From: Adineta vaga
Taxonomy: Eukaryota > Animalia > Rotifera
Length of the DNA stretch: 64,000 nucleotides
Reading direction: 5' to 3'
Assembly: GCA_021613535.1 (NCBI GenBank)
Contig: CP075494.1
Location: 2,294,001-2,358,000, forward strand
Program-made: the position numbers and the translations under genes
In this document: positions 26,512 to 40,001 of the stretch, in pieces
Layout of the letters: every line of letters starts with the position of its first letter
Numbering within the stretch: position 1 is the first letter of the stretch
The notes under the pieces: generated by a model
The model's database searches: none
Seen by the model: the letters and a program-made list of their open reading frames with translations, nothing else
Told to the model about the DNA's origin: nothing

Positions 26512-26905
26512 TTCAACAAATTAATCGAAAAGACTTGGTGTTCATGTACTTTCAATACGATTTGAAATCTAAAGAGATATGTGATAAAAACGAACCGTAT
26601 ACATATGCGCAAAGAATACAATCTCGTTTACTATTCGTATTTTTTCGTCACAGGTGAGCGGGTATAGACCGTCTCATTTGAACTGAGTATCTATTCGTTT
26701 CACACGTGTAGAACATGAATCATTATATACACATCTTTCTTCTGTCTCTCATAATTTATCGTATCGATTTAAAACTATTTGTCGTTTCTATTGTAGACGA
26801 TGTCTTTGACATGAATAGTCTATCTTAACGCATAAAAAAAATGAAAGATTTGCATTATATACTTACTCATGTTAGTTTAGAAACATAGGAATAGATTTAG
26901 TTTGA

Positions 26906-26970
26906 TATTTAGGGTGTGGGTGTGGGTGATAGATAGATAGATGTAGTACTCACGTTCACACCGTCAAGAT
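26906..26970. repeat. Telomeric-repeat inverted element copy with (GATA)n core
   Basis: TATTTAGGGTGTGGGTGTGGGT-GATAGATAGATAGATGTAGT-ACTCACGTTCACACCGTCAAGAT. Confidence 0.85.
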
Positions 26971-27367
26971 TCCATTGTATATAGATAGATAGATGCAGAT
27001 TCATCTTGTGTAAGTCCATGTTTGGATTGTTTTGAATTCAATTTAGCAATAGTGATGAGGATGAAGGCAACAATGAGGGTGATATGGAGGGTTTTCAAAT
27101 AGGACAGTTCATTTGAAATAATAAAGCTGATTTCACTTGAAACACAAAGTTTCAAAGGAACTTAAGTTAACGCAATGTTAAAAAGAAAACTGTATAGAAA
27201 CCATTGCTTGTTTAATTTAAAATATGTTACTTCATAATCTTCAACATCTATTTTCGCTCAGAAAAAAACTCATCTTTCTCCATATTTCATCGTTCAAAGG
27301 CATGAATAATCATAGAGAGTCACAATCGATTATGTTATTGGTTTCTTGTATAGCTTTTCGTAGTCTT

Positions 27368-28347
27368 TTAACCCCATCCGGGACATGCAGTTGCTTGATG
27401 ACATGCCTGCGGTACATTCCATACACTTGGATCAGGTTTATTGATTGGATCCCAATCGCCAAATTTTTGATACATCCATGTAGCTATTTGAGGCGCACCC
27501 ATCATATAGAAGACATATGGACGTGATGCAGGCGTCGGATCGTGAGGAATTGGATAGGTTTTATTATAAAAACCATAAAGAAACAAACCTGCATCTTCTA
27601 ATGTTAACCCATTCCAGTCAATGTCAATGTCCTTGGACAAACAATAACGATTTTAGTTCTTTTCTACCATGAATTATTCATTTTCACTCACTTCAATTGT
27701 GGAAGCTTTTTTTATATAGAGGTTACTGGAAAAGTTTCTCGGTGGTGGATGAAAGAGTTGACCAATAATACAACATTCGGGTGCACCCTTCGGCCGATCA
27801 TCGTGTAAAATTAAATAAGCTGTTTGAGTATTACCAATATTGAGAAAATCACAAGAATAATTGTTATTAATGGATAAAACATCAGTAAAAAATATTGGAA
27901 TACATCGCTGATCGTACACTTCTCGCATACATCGACCTTGACTTGTTGTATCATCATAATAGGTACGGCCATACGAAGTAGTGAAATTTCCTTGTGGAAC
28001 GGGAAAATATGGTGGAATGTTTGCAGCATCAAACACATAATAGAACATCCACTCTACAGTAAACCACGGAGCCCAACGATGAACAGCAGCTTGACCAGCA
28101 GGAACATCGTGCATTCCTGCAAGGCAACAAAAAATTCTTCTCGTTTAATGCAGTTAGATAACAAACCTGGAAAGACGAATGTATCATTTGATTGAGGACA
28201 TATTCCTGATGGCGGTAACGGATTGTGTCCACCTTGCGTACATGTTGGACCGATCACTGTTTGTTTTTTCTTCGAACGCATATTAGGGTATGCATAGTTT
28301 TGTATACATAAATTGATAAAAATGAAGATGATAAAGAATAACTGCAT
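27368..28347 (-). CDS. Secreted Cys-containing protein, possibly ependymin-related (3 exons)
   Basis: Signal peptide; introns ~28168-28119 and ~27689-27633 join three ORFs. C-terminal PDPSVWNVPQAC resembles the ependymin-like terminus (tentative). Confidence 0.6.
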
Positions 28348-28680
28348 TTTTCTATCAGAACTGCTTTACTTCACCTGCACTCAGTCTCTTCCTTTTATCA
28401 AGCTTATATATCATTACTTATCGAGATGCTTATTCATCGTTGCATCTTTCTATTTTATCTTTTTGCGCACATAGAATGCGAAACAGATTACTTGTTGTGA
28501 TGCTTTTTGCGAAGTATGAAACGTTAAAAAGTTCACTTGCTATTTTCGTTAACAGATGAATTGATTCTTTAGACTTCCCTGACTTTTCCTAAAAGAATTC
28601 ATCGTCAAAAAATCTTCACATTCTTAACGACTTCAAAGATCAATCGTTAAGCAAATTGTTCTTCTGAAATCTTAAAATAT

Positions 28681-28740
28681 TTGAGGATTTGGATAGTATA
28701 TTTACACAATAATCTCACCAACACCCACACCCACCCTCAA
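28681..28740. repeat. Telomeric-repeat inverted element copy
   Basis: TTGAGGATTTGGA-core-CACCAACACCCACACCCACCCTCAA. Confidence 0.8.
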
Positions 28741-29224
28741 TTCATTTTTCTTATATCAATTTTAATGATATTATTGATTTATTTTCCAATCAATGCTTCT
28801 ATTTCAACCCGTAAAAATGAAATATCTCTTCCACGAAACATTTCGATAAATTCTAATAAAAATATTATTAATCCATTTAGACAAAAAGTAATCTTTTCTC
28901 CAAAACTTGATGATGAGAGATTATAAAATAAATAAAAATGATATAATATTTATTTATGAAATACAGAAAAAGAATGTTCGATGACGGTCAAATTCCATTT
29001 CGGTGAGAATACGAAAACTATATAAAAAGTATGTCCAGTAACTAAAATTTAAGATTTGTTCGAATAAATTAGGAAATAAGAAAAGAGAGTGGAAACGATC
29101 GCTGTTTTCACGAAAAAATGTTCGATTGTTTCGCTCAGAGTTTTTTTTTGACAAAGAAATTCGAGAGGAAATAATGGATAATGATTAGATCGGATTCTGT
29201 CGAGGATCAAACAAGTCGCACTGA

Positions 29225-29303
29225 TGAGGGTGTGGATGTGGATAGTAATGAAGATGAGACTCACACCCACACACCACAGTCACCCACACCCATCTTCAAG
29301 ATG
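29225..29303. repeat. Telomeric-repeat inverted element copy
   Basis: TGAGGGTGTGGATGTGGA-..GAAGATGAGAC-TCACACCCACAC..CACCCACACCCATCTTCAAGATG. Confidence 0.85.
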
Positions 29304-29689
29304 TCGGTATCATACAGTGGTGTCTATGCTGTTTAACATTTCTTTTGAGTCCTGATGAATATCAATATAACAATCATTTGGTTTCGACAATAATAAGAAT
29401 AATATTCGCTTTGTTCTTGATGAAAACATTTTTATTTTCATGAACGCAGAGAATGTATGTTGAAGTTTTCCCTTTAAATATCTGACGAAATCCGATAATA
29501 AATATCAGTTATAATTACGCAAAAAAGGAGAGATGTACGAATACGAGTTTTTCTTTTATTGCTTCAGAAAAAGAAATCAAAAAAAGTTCCACCTGTAGAC
29601 ATCAACGAACTTACAAATGATGGCAAGTAATTTTCTGTCAGATGAACATTAATGAATAGTTCAAAATTTTTTAGGAACGAATCCTCGCG

Positions 29690-30187
29690 AGAATCTTTAC
29701 TTACAACAAGAAATTGATCGTTATCAACAATATTCAACGGTGTATTTATCGCAAGAATTAAATGAAAGAGATGTTGAATTTGTCGTTCAAGAGGCTCTGA
29801 TGACAAGACAATGTAGAGTTCTTCAACTAACACGATATAAAGTGACATCCGCTGGTGCTTCAATCTTAGCTAAAGCACTTTCAACGAATGAAAATAATTT
29901 AAAAATATTAAATCTGACCACACATAGAATTTCAAATGTTGGTGTAGAATATCTTGCAGAAATGATTAAAACCGATGAAATTAGTAATCAAAGGTATTCA
30001 AATATTAATCAATGTAATACAATATTACAATAAAACTCTAGAAGAACTTGATTTATGTACAAATCATTTGGTTGATGGTTCAGTTGTTGATTGTCTTATT
30101 CAATTGATGAAACACGGACAAACATTAAAGAGATTATTTTTATTTAATTGTAATTTATCTCAGAATGGCAAAGACATAGACTTATGA
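29690..30187 (+). pseudogene. RI-like (NLRC3-type) leucine-rich repeat gene fragment, frameshifted
   Basis: LRR lines GASILAKALSTNENNLKILNL, ISNVGVEYLAEMIK, NKTLEELDLCTN are split over two frames (29740-30033 and 29975-30187). Confidence 0.7.
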
Positions 30188-30270
30188 AAATGCAAAAAAA
30201 AATTAAAAATATTATTTATTATGTCTTTAGATTTTCTATCTTGACCAGTTTTTTTTATCACTGATTGACC

Positions 30271-30317
30271 GAGGGTGAGTGTGGACCTGAATATAATAGA
30301 GACACCAACATCCTCAA
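30271..30317. repeat. Telomeric-repeat inverted element copy
   Basis: GAGGGTGAGTGTGG-acctgaatataatagaga-CACCAACATCCTCAA. Confidence 0.7.
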
Positions 30318-31014
30318 TAGTTTTCTTGATCACATAAGCTTTCTTTCACAAACATCAATGAGAAATCCATGTCACGAGACATTCAGCAAGTTTAATTGAT
30401 TCTCTTCGTTCTCCATGTGCTAATACTTCACATTGTTTTTATCATGCCGATTGTGGTAAAACTGTAAAAAACTAGAGCACTATCGAAAATTTAACAAAAC
30501 CTCTTTCACGAAGTAATGAATTATTCTAAACCTTCGTATTATTGTAAACTCACGCTCATGGATGCACATACTTGCAAAAGTTTCACATTAGTAATATATG
30601 ACTACACACACCCTCGCCATTTTTATATGTCAATAAATAGCAAAGAAAAGACTGCAAGTGTGGGTAATGAGTAGAAAAACATTCTCAAAATAGTTTGACG
30701 TTTCGTATTCACTTGAAAGTATAATCTAAATGTTGACGTCACCTTAATTTTATGTAATTGTCTATTGAGTAGAATATTGTTTCAGCCTAATTGCTTACAT
30801 TGAAACAAACCTCGTTTCTAAATATGTGTTAATAGAGTAAAAGATTTGTTTAAATTAATGCTTTTCTTCAAGAACAATCATCTCTAGATTACAATGCTTT
30901 CAAAAATATAAGATCAGCGTCATATTTACGTCACTTTATTCCATATTATAGTTATCTAAGTTTCGATAGTATAAAAATATTCATCATTTTCTTTAAATAT
31001 TACACTTTACAAAA

Positions 31015-32108
31015 ATGTCAACATCAATTAATCTTACTTCAACACAAACATCTAACACAGTTATTATTCTTACTGTATTAACCAAACAATATTTAGTTCA
31101 TTTGGCCTTAATATTTATAATTTTGGGTATTCTTGGATTTATTGGTAATGCTTTAACATATCTTCAAAAAGAATTTCGATCATATTCATGTTGCATTTAT
31201 TCATTTTGTGGTTCAATTGTTGATGTTATCAATCTTGTTTACAATTTATTACCAAACTATTTAAGTACAGCTTATGAAATCTATATTCCATGGACTAAAT
31301 TACCAAATTTATGTAAATTTTATATTTGTCTTCTTGGATTTCTACCTCATTTATCAATTAATTTTTTATTAATGTCAATTATTGATCGATATGCTTCAAC
31401 ATGTAGTTTAACATCTCGAATACATCGTCTCAATCATATTAAAATGGTTCCATCGATGATTAGTATAACTATTCTATTAAGTTTTATTTCTTTAATTCGA
31501 CCATTAATTCTTTATGAATATCATAATGAAAAAGGATGTGTAGCTACACAACCATTATTGAACAATATTCTCTATACTATAATTAATGGTATATTACAAC
31601 CAATAATAATGTTAATTTTTGTTGTTTTGACATTTCGAAATGTTCGTCAAAGTCGTCAAAGAGTAGTAAGTGTATTGATTCTTTTGAAGAAGAACAAAAA
31701 TAGATAAATATCAGTTTATTTTCTTAGACAGGAACAGGTGCATTAAATATTCAACGAACACGAAATCAATTTATTAATATGATTTTAACACAAATATTAG
31801 CAACAACTCTAATAGCATTACAATGGATGATTATGTATATCTATTATTTTATTCCTATTGAAACTTCAAGAACTCTTGAACAACAATCAATTGTTAATTT
31901 CTTTTATTCTTTTACGAATTATTGTTATTATTTAAATAATGTTAAATCATTTTATCTTTCAATATTAACATCGCATTTATTTCGGAAAACATTCATTAAA
32001 TCATTAATCAAATTCTTACCTTCACATCAACGTCAACGATGGACATTATCTCAAACAAATGTTCCTATGATGAATTTAACTAGAATAAATCCTCAACGTA
32101 TCACTTGA
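31015..32108 (+). CDS. Class A GPCR, 2 exons
   Basis: GFIGNAL, LCKF, SIIDRY motifs. Intron 31666-31727 joins to the TM6-TM7 exon (FYLSILTSHLFRK). Confidence 0.85.
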
Positions 32109-32455
32109 CGTACATTGGCAATCAAAAGATTATATCTCAAGTTTAGGATAAAAACTTTTATTTGTTCTTTTCTTGTAAATGATATAGAAGGAAAAAGGTT
32201 TCGCAAATACTAAAAATAAAGACAGATCGTATAATCACAACTAATTTTACATGAATGTAGAGACTAGAAATGAGATTAGTTTCGAGAAAAAACATAGAAA
32301 AAGATAAGAATTTAAAGAAATGAAATTTTCCAAGAATAAAAATCTTTTTGTTTTCTTCGTCGTTCCCAATAAGTCTCAAGGAATAGACATATGATTGTAT
32401 GAAATATTTCATATTGTTGCTGTTGTGATGAGCATTTGCGAAAGAACCCCATTTC

Positions 32456-34018
32456 CTATTTTTTTTCTTTTTTAACAGTAGTAGCAGCAGTAGATCCTTT
32501 GACTGCTTTGCCCGATGAAAATGGTTTCTTTTCAACTTCTTTGATAACACCAACAGCTACTGTTCGACGCATATCACGAACAGCAAAACGACCTAATGGT
32601 GGATATTCAGCAAATTTCTCAACACACATTGGTTTTGTTGGAATCATTTTGACCATAGCAGATTCACCTGATTTAATAAATTCCGGATTTTCTTCAATAA
32701 CTCGACCTGTTCGACGATCAACTTTAGAAATTAATTCCGAAAATTTACAAGCTATATGAGCTGTATGACAATCAAGAACTGGTGAATAACCTTGACGAAT
32801 TTGATCATGATTAAGTACAATTATCTAATAATGAGAACTTATATTCTGTAGACAAACAAAGATAAATATTCTTACTTGAGCAGTAAAATTCGCTGCTTCT
32901 AATGCTGGATCATTTTTCGTATCGGAACAAACATATCCACGTCGAAGTTCTTTAACAGTAACACCTCGAATATTGAAACCAATATTAAAACCAGGTTCTG
33001 CTTCTAAAACAGAACCAGACAAAAAATAAAATAAATTCATCATTCAGAATAATAATCATACGGTCAATATCTTCATGATGCATTTCAACAGAACGAACTT
33101 CACCAGTTAAATTCGCTGGTGCAAAATTAACGATCATATTTGGTTTGAGTATACCAGTTTCAACACGACCAACAGGTACTGTTCCAATACCACCAATTTT
33201 ATACACATCTTGAATTGGTAATCGAAGTGGTTTATCTGTTGGACGTTGTGGTGGAATAATAGCATCAAGAGCTTCGAGCAAAGTCTTTCCATTTGCATTT
33301 CCTTCTTTTCGTTCAACTGACCAACCTTTATACCATGGCATATTTTCTGATGCTAAAATCATATTATCACCATGCCAACCCGAAATAGGAACGAAAGCAA
33401 CAGTTTCTGGTTGATAACCAATTTTTTTAATATATGTTGATACTTCACTTTTAATTTCATTAAAACGTGCTTCAGAAAATGCTGGTTCAGTTGAATCCAT
33501 TTTATTAACAATAACAATCATTTGTTTTACACCTAATGTATATGCTAATAGAGCATGTTCACGAGTTTGACCTTCTTTTGAAATACCAGCTTCAAATTCA
33601 CCAACACTAGCTGATACAACTAATACTGCACAATCAGCTTGTGAAGTACCAGTTATCATATTTTTAATAAAATCACGATGACCAGGTGCATCAATAATAG
33701 TTATAGCATATGTATTTGTATCGAATTGAGAAAGTGAAATATCAATTGTTACACCACGTTCTCGAGAAGCTTTGACTTTATCCATAACCCAAGCATATTT
33801 GAATGAACCTTTGCCCATCTATTCATTCAATAAATATATTAAAATATATTAGATTTGAAAAACAAAATCTTTACTTCTCCAGCTTCTTTTTCATATTTTT
33901 CGATCGTTCGTCGATCGATACCACCACATTTGTAAACTAAATGGCCAGATGTTGTTGATTTTCCCGAATCAACATGACCAATAACAACAATATTAACACG
34001 TGTTTTTTCTTTGCCCAT
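32456..34018 (-). CDS. EF1A: Elongation factor 1-alpha, divergent paralog (4 exons)
   Basis: [32 protein letters not shown]. Introns ~33874-33819, ~33061-33005 and ~32875-32825 restore an open frame. Confidence 0.95.
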
Positions 34019-34230
34019 CGAATGTAGAATAGTTCAATTAGAAAGTGCATTGTATAATCAAGATTATTTCGTCCTATTTAAACCAAATATAATTCATGTA
34101 ATTACGTAAGATTTTGTTATGTATGATGATGACATATTTCACAATGAATCGTGTAAAGAACTGAAAAGATGAAATACTTTGCATCAGAAATGAAACTCAA
34201 TCAATCATATGACTTTACAGTGCAAAGAAG

Positions 34231-34270
34231 GAGGGTGTGGGTGTGGGTGAAGATGAGATACCTTCACGAT
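34231..34270. repeat. Telomeric-repeat inverted element copy (short right arm)
   Basis: GAGGGTGTGGGTGTGGGT-GAAGATGAGAT-ACCTTCACGAT. Confidence 0.8.
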
Positions 34271-35274
34271 TTATACTGTTTTATTCGTGATTTTATTAGT
34301 AAAAAAGTTCAATGATGGTTCTAACAAACGATAGTAATACTACCACAGGCCTTAGATACGTAGATTCATATCGGATTTTCTCGAATGGAATCTGCAGCAT
34401 ATTGTTCACTTGAATATCTTATCTTTTTTCGAATTATTATCAGCTTGGGACGATTGCTCGAAACAAGTTAATATCTGTTCTGCAGATCTTTTTTTGCTAC
34501 CGACTCAATTTGATCGAGATAGTAGATATGGTTGTGGTATATTTATCATGAAGGACCTGTTGGAGTTTAATTAATAGGCAGGCAATTGTAAGAAGAATAT
34601 TTAATCGGTTTAGCAGAACAAACCGGTGAGGTTCTACCAAGCGTCAAGAGAATATACTTTCACTTACACCCTCAGATTAGTTTAGATTATTCATTATCTG
34701 ATAAATGTATCTCTGCAATGGCAAGCAAACAATGACTGTTAATAACAAACAGCAATTCATGAAGCCTGACTTGTATAACGCCGTTACTATCAATAAGAGC
34801 ATCGGCACTCTAGACATCTTTATTCTTGTTAAACAAAATTGATCCGTGAAAAACGAATATGAAATGCCATATTTAATGTGTAAAACAAAGATCGAACAAA
34901 ATAAACTTGAAGGTGTAAATATAAATAAAAGTATGAATATATATTTTTTATATTATTCTATGGTTTTTATCACGTATATTTCGTAAAAAAATCTTTCTTA
35001 AATGATCTTCTATCCACTAAACATGATGCACAAAAATAATTCATTTAATTTATTACGCATATATATATAATTCAGGTAATGATAGAGAATAGCACATGCG
35101 CATGACTTAACATTAATTAACGAAAAAAAAAACGAAGTAAACACGCTTCATAGTCATGTTTTAGCTCAGTGCACACACAAAATTTTTCTTTTCACCTGTA
35201 GAATAACGATATAAAATATAAATGAGAAACTAAAATCATTTATATCTGATCGTTTTTTTTACGAAAACCTAAAA

Positions 35275-36267
35275 ATGACTACTATATGCACATCATGTGG
35301 TATTTCAGTTCCATCATCTTCTAGTATTTACAAATGTCATCAATGTGTTTATCATTTTGTTTGTGAATCATGTGAGAAAAAGGAACATAATCGAGCATGT
35401 ATTCATTTTCATACACTGCATAAAATACATCCATCACAAACTCAATTAATAACTATTACTAATGCTGCCAGCAGTAACCTATCGAAGTCTTCTGATGAAG
35501 CACAAAAAAGTCGAACTGATGTAAGACTTTTAAAAAAAATTAAAACAATATCTTTTCGATACATTTATATTTTTTATTGATTTCAGACACCTTCAAAATC
35601 GGTATCGATATTTAATAGTGACGATTTTCTTTACAATTTCTTAAGTAATTGTTCTCATTGTCATCGTACAATCGTTATGAATAAAGAGCCAAGTTTTCAA
35701 TGTGAACAATGTCCACAAAGTTTCGGTGTTTGTGCTGAATGTAAACCAGTAATGATTACACATCATCCTTCAACCCATACATTTTCGCAAAAGTCTCTCG
35801 ATGATTGGGCGAGGCTAGCATACGGTTATTTTCACCTAGATGTGAAATGCAATGGCTGTTCAGCAAAACATTTCAGTGGAAACCGGCGCCAATGTGAAGA
35901 ATGTTCATCAAACTATGATCTCTGTGACAGTTGCTTTGGAAAGATACATACAGAGCATAAAATGAAATATATACAAAATCCTGTGTTATATAATGATAAT
36001 CGAGGAGCGTTAGCCCGACGAACATTAGCTTTGGCTGAAAAGAGTAGCGATAGCAATCCCAACTGGCGTGATTCATCGACAGGTTGGACAAAATCTGATG
36101 CTGAATTAGTTGATCAACAAGCAAAACAAGAAAATGCGATTTATTACAATCGATTACAACAAATACGCGAAAGCGATAAAGAATTTGCGCAAAAACTGTT
36201 TTATGATACACAACGACGTCTCCAGAACACAATTTCTGATAGCTGGAGTGCGATGTTTCATAGATGA
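35275..36267 (+). CDS. ZZ-type zinc finger protein (three ZZ-like domains), 2 exons
   Basis: CxxC...CxxC..CxxC...H..H clusters, e.g. HLDVKCNGC..RRQCEEC..YDLCDSC..HTEH; intron 35521-35586. Confidence 0.8.
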
Positions 36268-36338
36268 TCATGTCTAATCTATCAAAGAAATGTAATTTCA
36301 TCTAATTCTAACATCTCCTTCATATCAAGAAAAATACA

Positions 36339-36394
36339 CTTGAGGGTGTGGGTGTGGGTGGAAAAGAATACCTACAACACACCTTCGCCCTCAA
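36339..36394. repeat. Telomeric-repeat inverted element copy
   Basis: CTTGAGGGTGTGGGTGTGGGTG-gaaaagaat-ACCTACAACACACCTTCGCCCTCAA. Confidence 0.85.
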
Positions 36395-36559
36395 AAATTA
36401 TATACTAAATGGAATAATCATAGACAGAGAAAGTTAAAAATGAATGCGCAACTAAATAAATATTTGTATTTTTAGTTAAAAAAATGTATGTGATTAATGA
36501 TGAAAAAAGTTGATTACCACCATAAATAACAATGTTGAAAATTAATCATATCAAAAGAA

Positions 36560-37249
36560 ATTTCATTTAATTGTCGTCCAACTTGTGTTATTGAATTCTT
36601 CACTTTTTCCTTCCATATATCATTTGAATAATGAATATCCGATGAATATAAATTTTGTCTAATAAATAACTAAGAATTGTTATTTGTGATAAATCAGTAA
36701 ATTTATTTGAGAGATTTCGGATGAAATCATCTATGAGAGAATAGAATTACCTAAATGGTTTTATAGAAGAGAAAAGCGCATCAGTTGGACCCTCGTATAG
36801 CATTCCAGAGTCGAAAACTATGCATAGACCGAAAGACTCCACATCTTCAACTAAATTTTCCTAGTTTGAATCATTGAGTTGATAATGTTGATGGGTAAAA
36901 AACCATTTTCGTTTAGTCCAAAATGGTGTTGAAAATCGTTCGAATAACTGTCGACATGTTCGAGGATATTTCATTGGAATTCGATGTTGATGTTGAAAAT
37001 TAAAAACTGGTAAAAGTTCTTCAAGACATACAGTTGAATCAATAATTAAATGTTCCATTGAACTTAAATTTGTTGTCGCTTTTGGTAATAAACATAAATA
37101 ATCAGAAAACGTTTCGGATTTGTTTAAATTCACGTTTTTTAAATAAAGAATTTCAAGTTAAAGGAATAATTTTGGTTTGTTAAAAGATGAAATGATTGAA
37201 TTACTGATAAATGTATTGGAAATATAAAGTGAATTGATCTGATGAATTA
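36560..37249 (-). pseudogene. Decayed F-box/LRR-family gene fragment, 5'-truncated
   Basis: IIHQINSLYISN..LEILYLKNV..LCLLPK..SMEHLIID..ERFSTPFWTKRKWFF, with stops and frameshifts. It starts immediately at the inverted element. Confidence 0.6.
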
Positions 37250-37304
37250 TGGGTGGGTGTGGGTGAGGGTGTAGACAAACAGAAGACATCCATCCACACC
37301 CTCG
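37250..37304. repeat. Telomeric-repeat inverted element copy at a pseudogene break
   Basis: TGGGTGGGTGTGGGTGAGGGTGT-agacaaacagaag-ACATCCATCCACACCCTCG. Confidence 0.85.
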
Positions 37305-37532
37305 CTTAACTTTCAACTGTGGGTGACAGAAGTATTTTTATGCATGTTCCAATGTGGGAAGGATTGACCTAGCCACTTTATACTAGTAAGCAAAGCAAAT
37401 CTCTTTAGCAAACAGTCTTTACTAAAATCTTAATATTCGAAAACGATACTCGATCTGTTTTGTAAAATTGTTTTGGATGTAACATATTTTCTATAATAAT
37501 AAGCTTAGCGATGTTATCTTACAGAAAACCGC

Positions 37533-37586
37533 TTGGGTGAAACTTCACCCAGGTACCCTACATCATACGCTCCCACCCACACCCTA
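37533..37586. repeat. Degenerate inverted element copy
   Basis: TTGGGTGAAACTTCACCCAGG...CTCCCACCCACACCCT. Confidence 0.6.
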
Positions 37587-37893
37587 GCGACAGCTGTATA
37601 TCTCTGTTTTATTATGGATGAATGCTATGCATAAGAGGTGCGAGTTAGAGCGAAAGATGCTTTCTGTTCGTGTAGCCATGCACGATCTCTTTGTTCAACT
37701 GAATTAAAAGAAGAAACAAAACGAAAGAGAGAAAAGATCGTACACTAGCGATCCCTATAACAGTGCGTTTATCCTTCATGAGTGAAAATTTATTTCGTTT
37801 TGTTTTTATCTTTTTTTTTCTTTTCTGTTTATTCTGCATTTTCTAACATGCAAACAATAACATCGAATGGCACATTTTTGACGATTATTCTTC

Positions 37894-38599
37894 ATGTCGT
37901 ACATTATTGACGAAGATGAAACTTACACATATGAAGTTTTAGTAGAAAAAGACTTGGAAAAATCGGCTAAACTTCTTGCATGTACATTCACAGAATGTAA
38001 TCCTATTGAGGTTTATTTGAAAACTACTTATAACCAATTCTATCCTTATGCATTGGCAGTTACAAAAGCTATTCTAAAAGACGAACTTTCTATTATAGCA
38101 GTACATAAACAAACAAAAGCAATTCATGGTATTGTTCAAGCTGTCGATGCCAAAACCATGGAAGAACAGAATTTCGAAGATGTCGATCCTTCTCTAGATA
38201 CATTGGAAGTACTGCAAAAAATAGAAGAACCTTTTCTGAAACAATATGGTCAATTGAAAGAGAATGATTTAGTACAAATATTAATGGTTGGTATTCGACA
38301 AGATTATAGTGGAAAAGGTGAGATTAAAAAAGATTTGCAAAATTAACAATGCTTCATTCTGATATTTCATAGGGCTTGCTACGAAACTTCATCAAATTCT
38401 ATTCGTTCGTTGTCGTCAACGTGGATTTAAACATATATTTGTTGAAGTTGCAAATCCAGCTACATATCATATTTATTTGAAAAAATTAAATGGAAAAAAA
38501 ATTACATCAATTTCTTTATCAACATTTATTTCGAATGATAACCGAAGACCATTTGAACATTTAGATGAAGAGATACAATTAGTTGTTTTTGATCTTTAA
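37894..38599 (+). CDS. GNAT-family N-acetyltransferase (AANAT-like), 2 exons
   Basis: Acetyl-CoA motif VGIRQDYSGK|GLATKL across intron 38318-38372, then VEVANPATYHI. Confidence 0.75.
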
Positions 38600-39185
38600 T
38601 AGAAAATAGGATGGAAATCATATAGCGAATTATGTTAGAATTCTACTATATTCCAAATTTGTTCCTTATTGGCCTAAAGTGGTCAACTGAATATTAAACC
38701 GTCTTTATATAGAAAAAATATATTAATGCCTTTTGTCTAATTCGTATGAGTAAATATTAACAGCTTGTTTCTTAGCCCATTTTCAAACAGCAGCAGCTGC
38801 TTGTGCTATGACTGAATCAGAATATTCGTTGTTATTGCTTTTGATCTCTTGCTTGATTTATGATAATGACATTTCTTAACACTGTAGAATCTTCAGTCGA
38901 AAAAGAACCAATCATCACTTGTTTTACATGTAACTCATATAAATAAATAATCGAAGCACGATAACATTTCTTACTGACGTCATTATATATTACAATACTT
39001 CCTATACGCAGAAAATTGAAATTATATAAGTACGATTAAATAAAGAAATAAATTAAACAACGTCTACATAAAGTTCATTATAACTAGAACCAACTTGAGA
39101 GCGTGCGTGTATGTGTTTAATTGACTAAATGTCTAATAAAAAGAAACCTATTGATATCAAATTTCCTTATAAAGTGTGTGGAATG

Positions 39186-39265
39186 CTTGAAGGTGTGGGT
39201 GTGAGTATGTGAGTCGTATATTTATTCATCGATTCGACCCGCCCACACCCTCACCCACACCCACA
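39186..39265. repeat. Telomeric-repeat inverted element copy
   Basis: CTTGAAGGTGTGGGTGTGAGTATGTGAG-core-CCCGCCCACACCCTCACCCACACCCAC. Confidence 0.85.
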
Positions 39266-40001
39266 AATTCTCCTATACTGATTAAACGAAATACAATGAT
39301 GCGTGTAGCACCGGTGGTTTCAGCGCATTGATAATGCACGATTTCTAGGGAGATATAACAAGTTTCTACGAGCATAAAAAGTCGGTAATTTTAGCGATTT
39401 TAAACAGAGGAGAAACGACTTCAGCTAGTTCTCGTAATGTAATTTGAGTTCGTTTCTTACGTATCATCGTCTCCCTGGATCAAATTTAATAAAGATATAA
39501 TTTAATTATTTTCTTTTGCCTGGGAACGATTATCTTTCTCCTGTCAACGCATGCAGAAATTATAAGTTGCATTCTTATGAGAATGAAGATTTTTTTTTGC
39601 TCGGTAAGTTTTTGTGACATAAGGAAGTTGAGTTTCAGCCATAATGCTAGTTGTCAAGAGAAGCAAAGACTATAATATTTGTGGTATTCTTCAATAATTT
39701 TAAGTCTTTAGTTTGCTACAAGTATAAAATGCCTTCTTCAACATTAGAAGACATTAGAATATTTCATTTCTTTTATTATAGATAAACAAAAAGCCGAAAG
39801 GATAAACCTATTGGCAAAGAGATAATGAAACTGACATTGAAGATAATATTCTATGCATACTACTGAATGACGTATTTCTTTTTGTATTTAATTTCAATGT
39901 CATAATCAGAGTTTATATAATAAATGAAGTCGTGAAAATCCCTATAAAATGAAGATGATTAGATTCACTCATTGTCTTCTATACTTTAAATATCTATAGA
40001 T

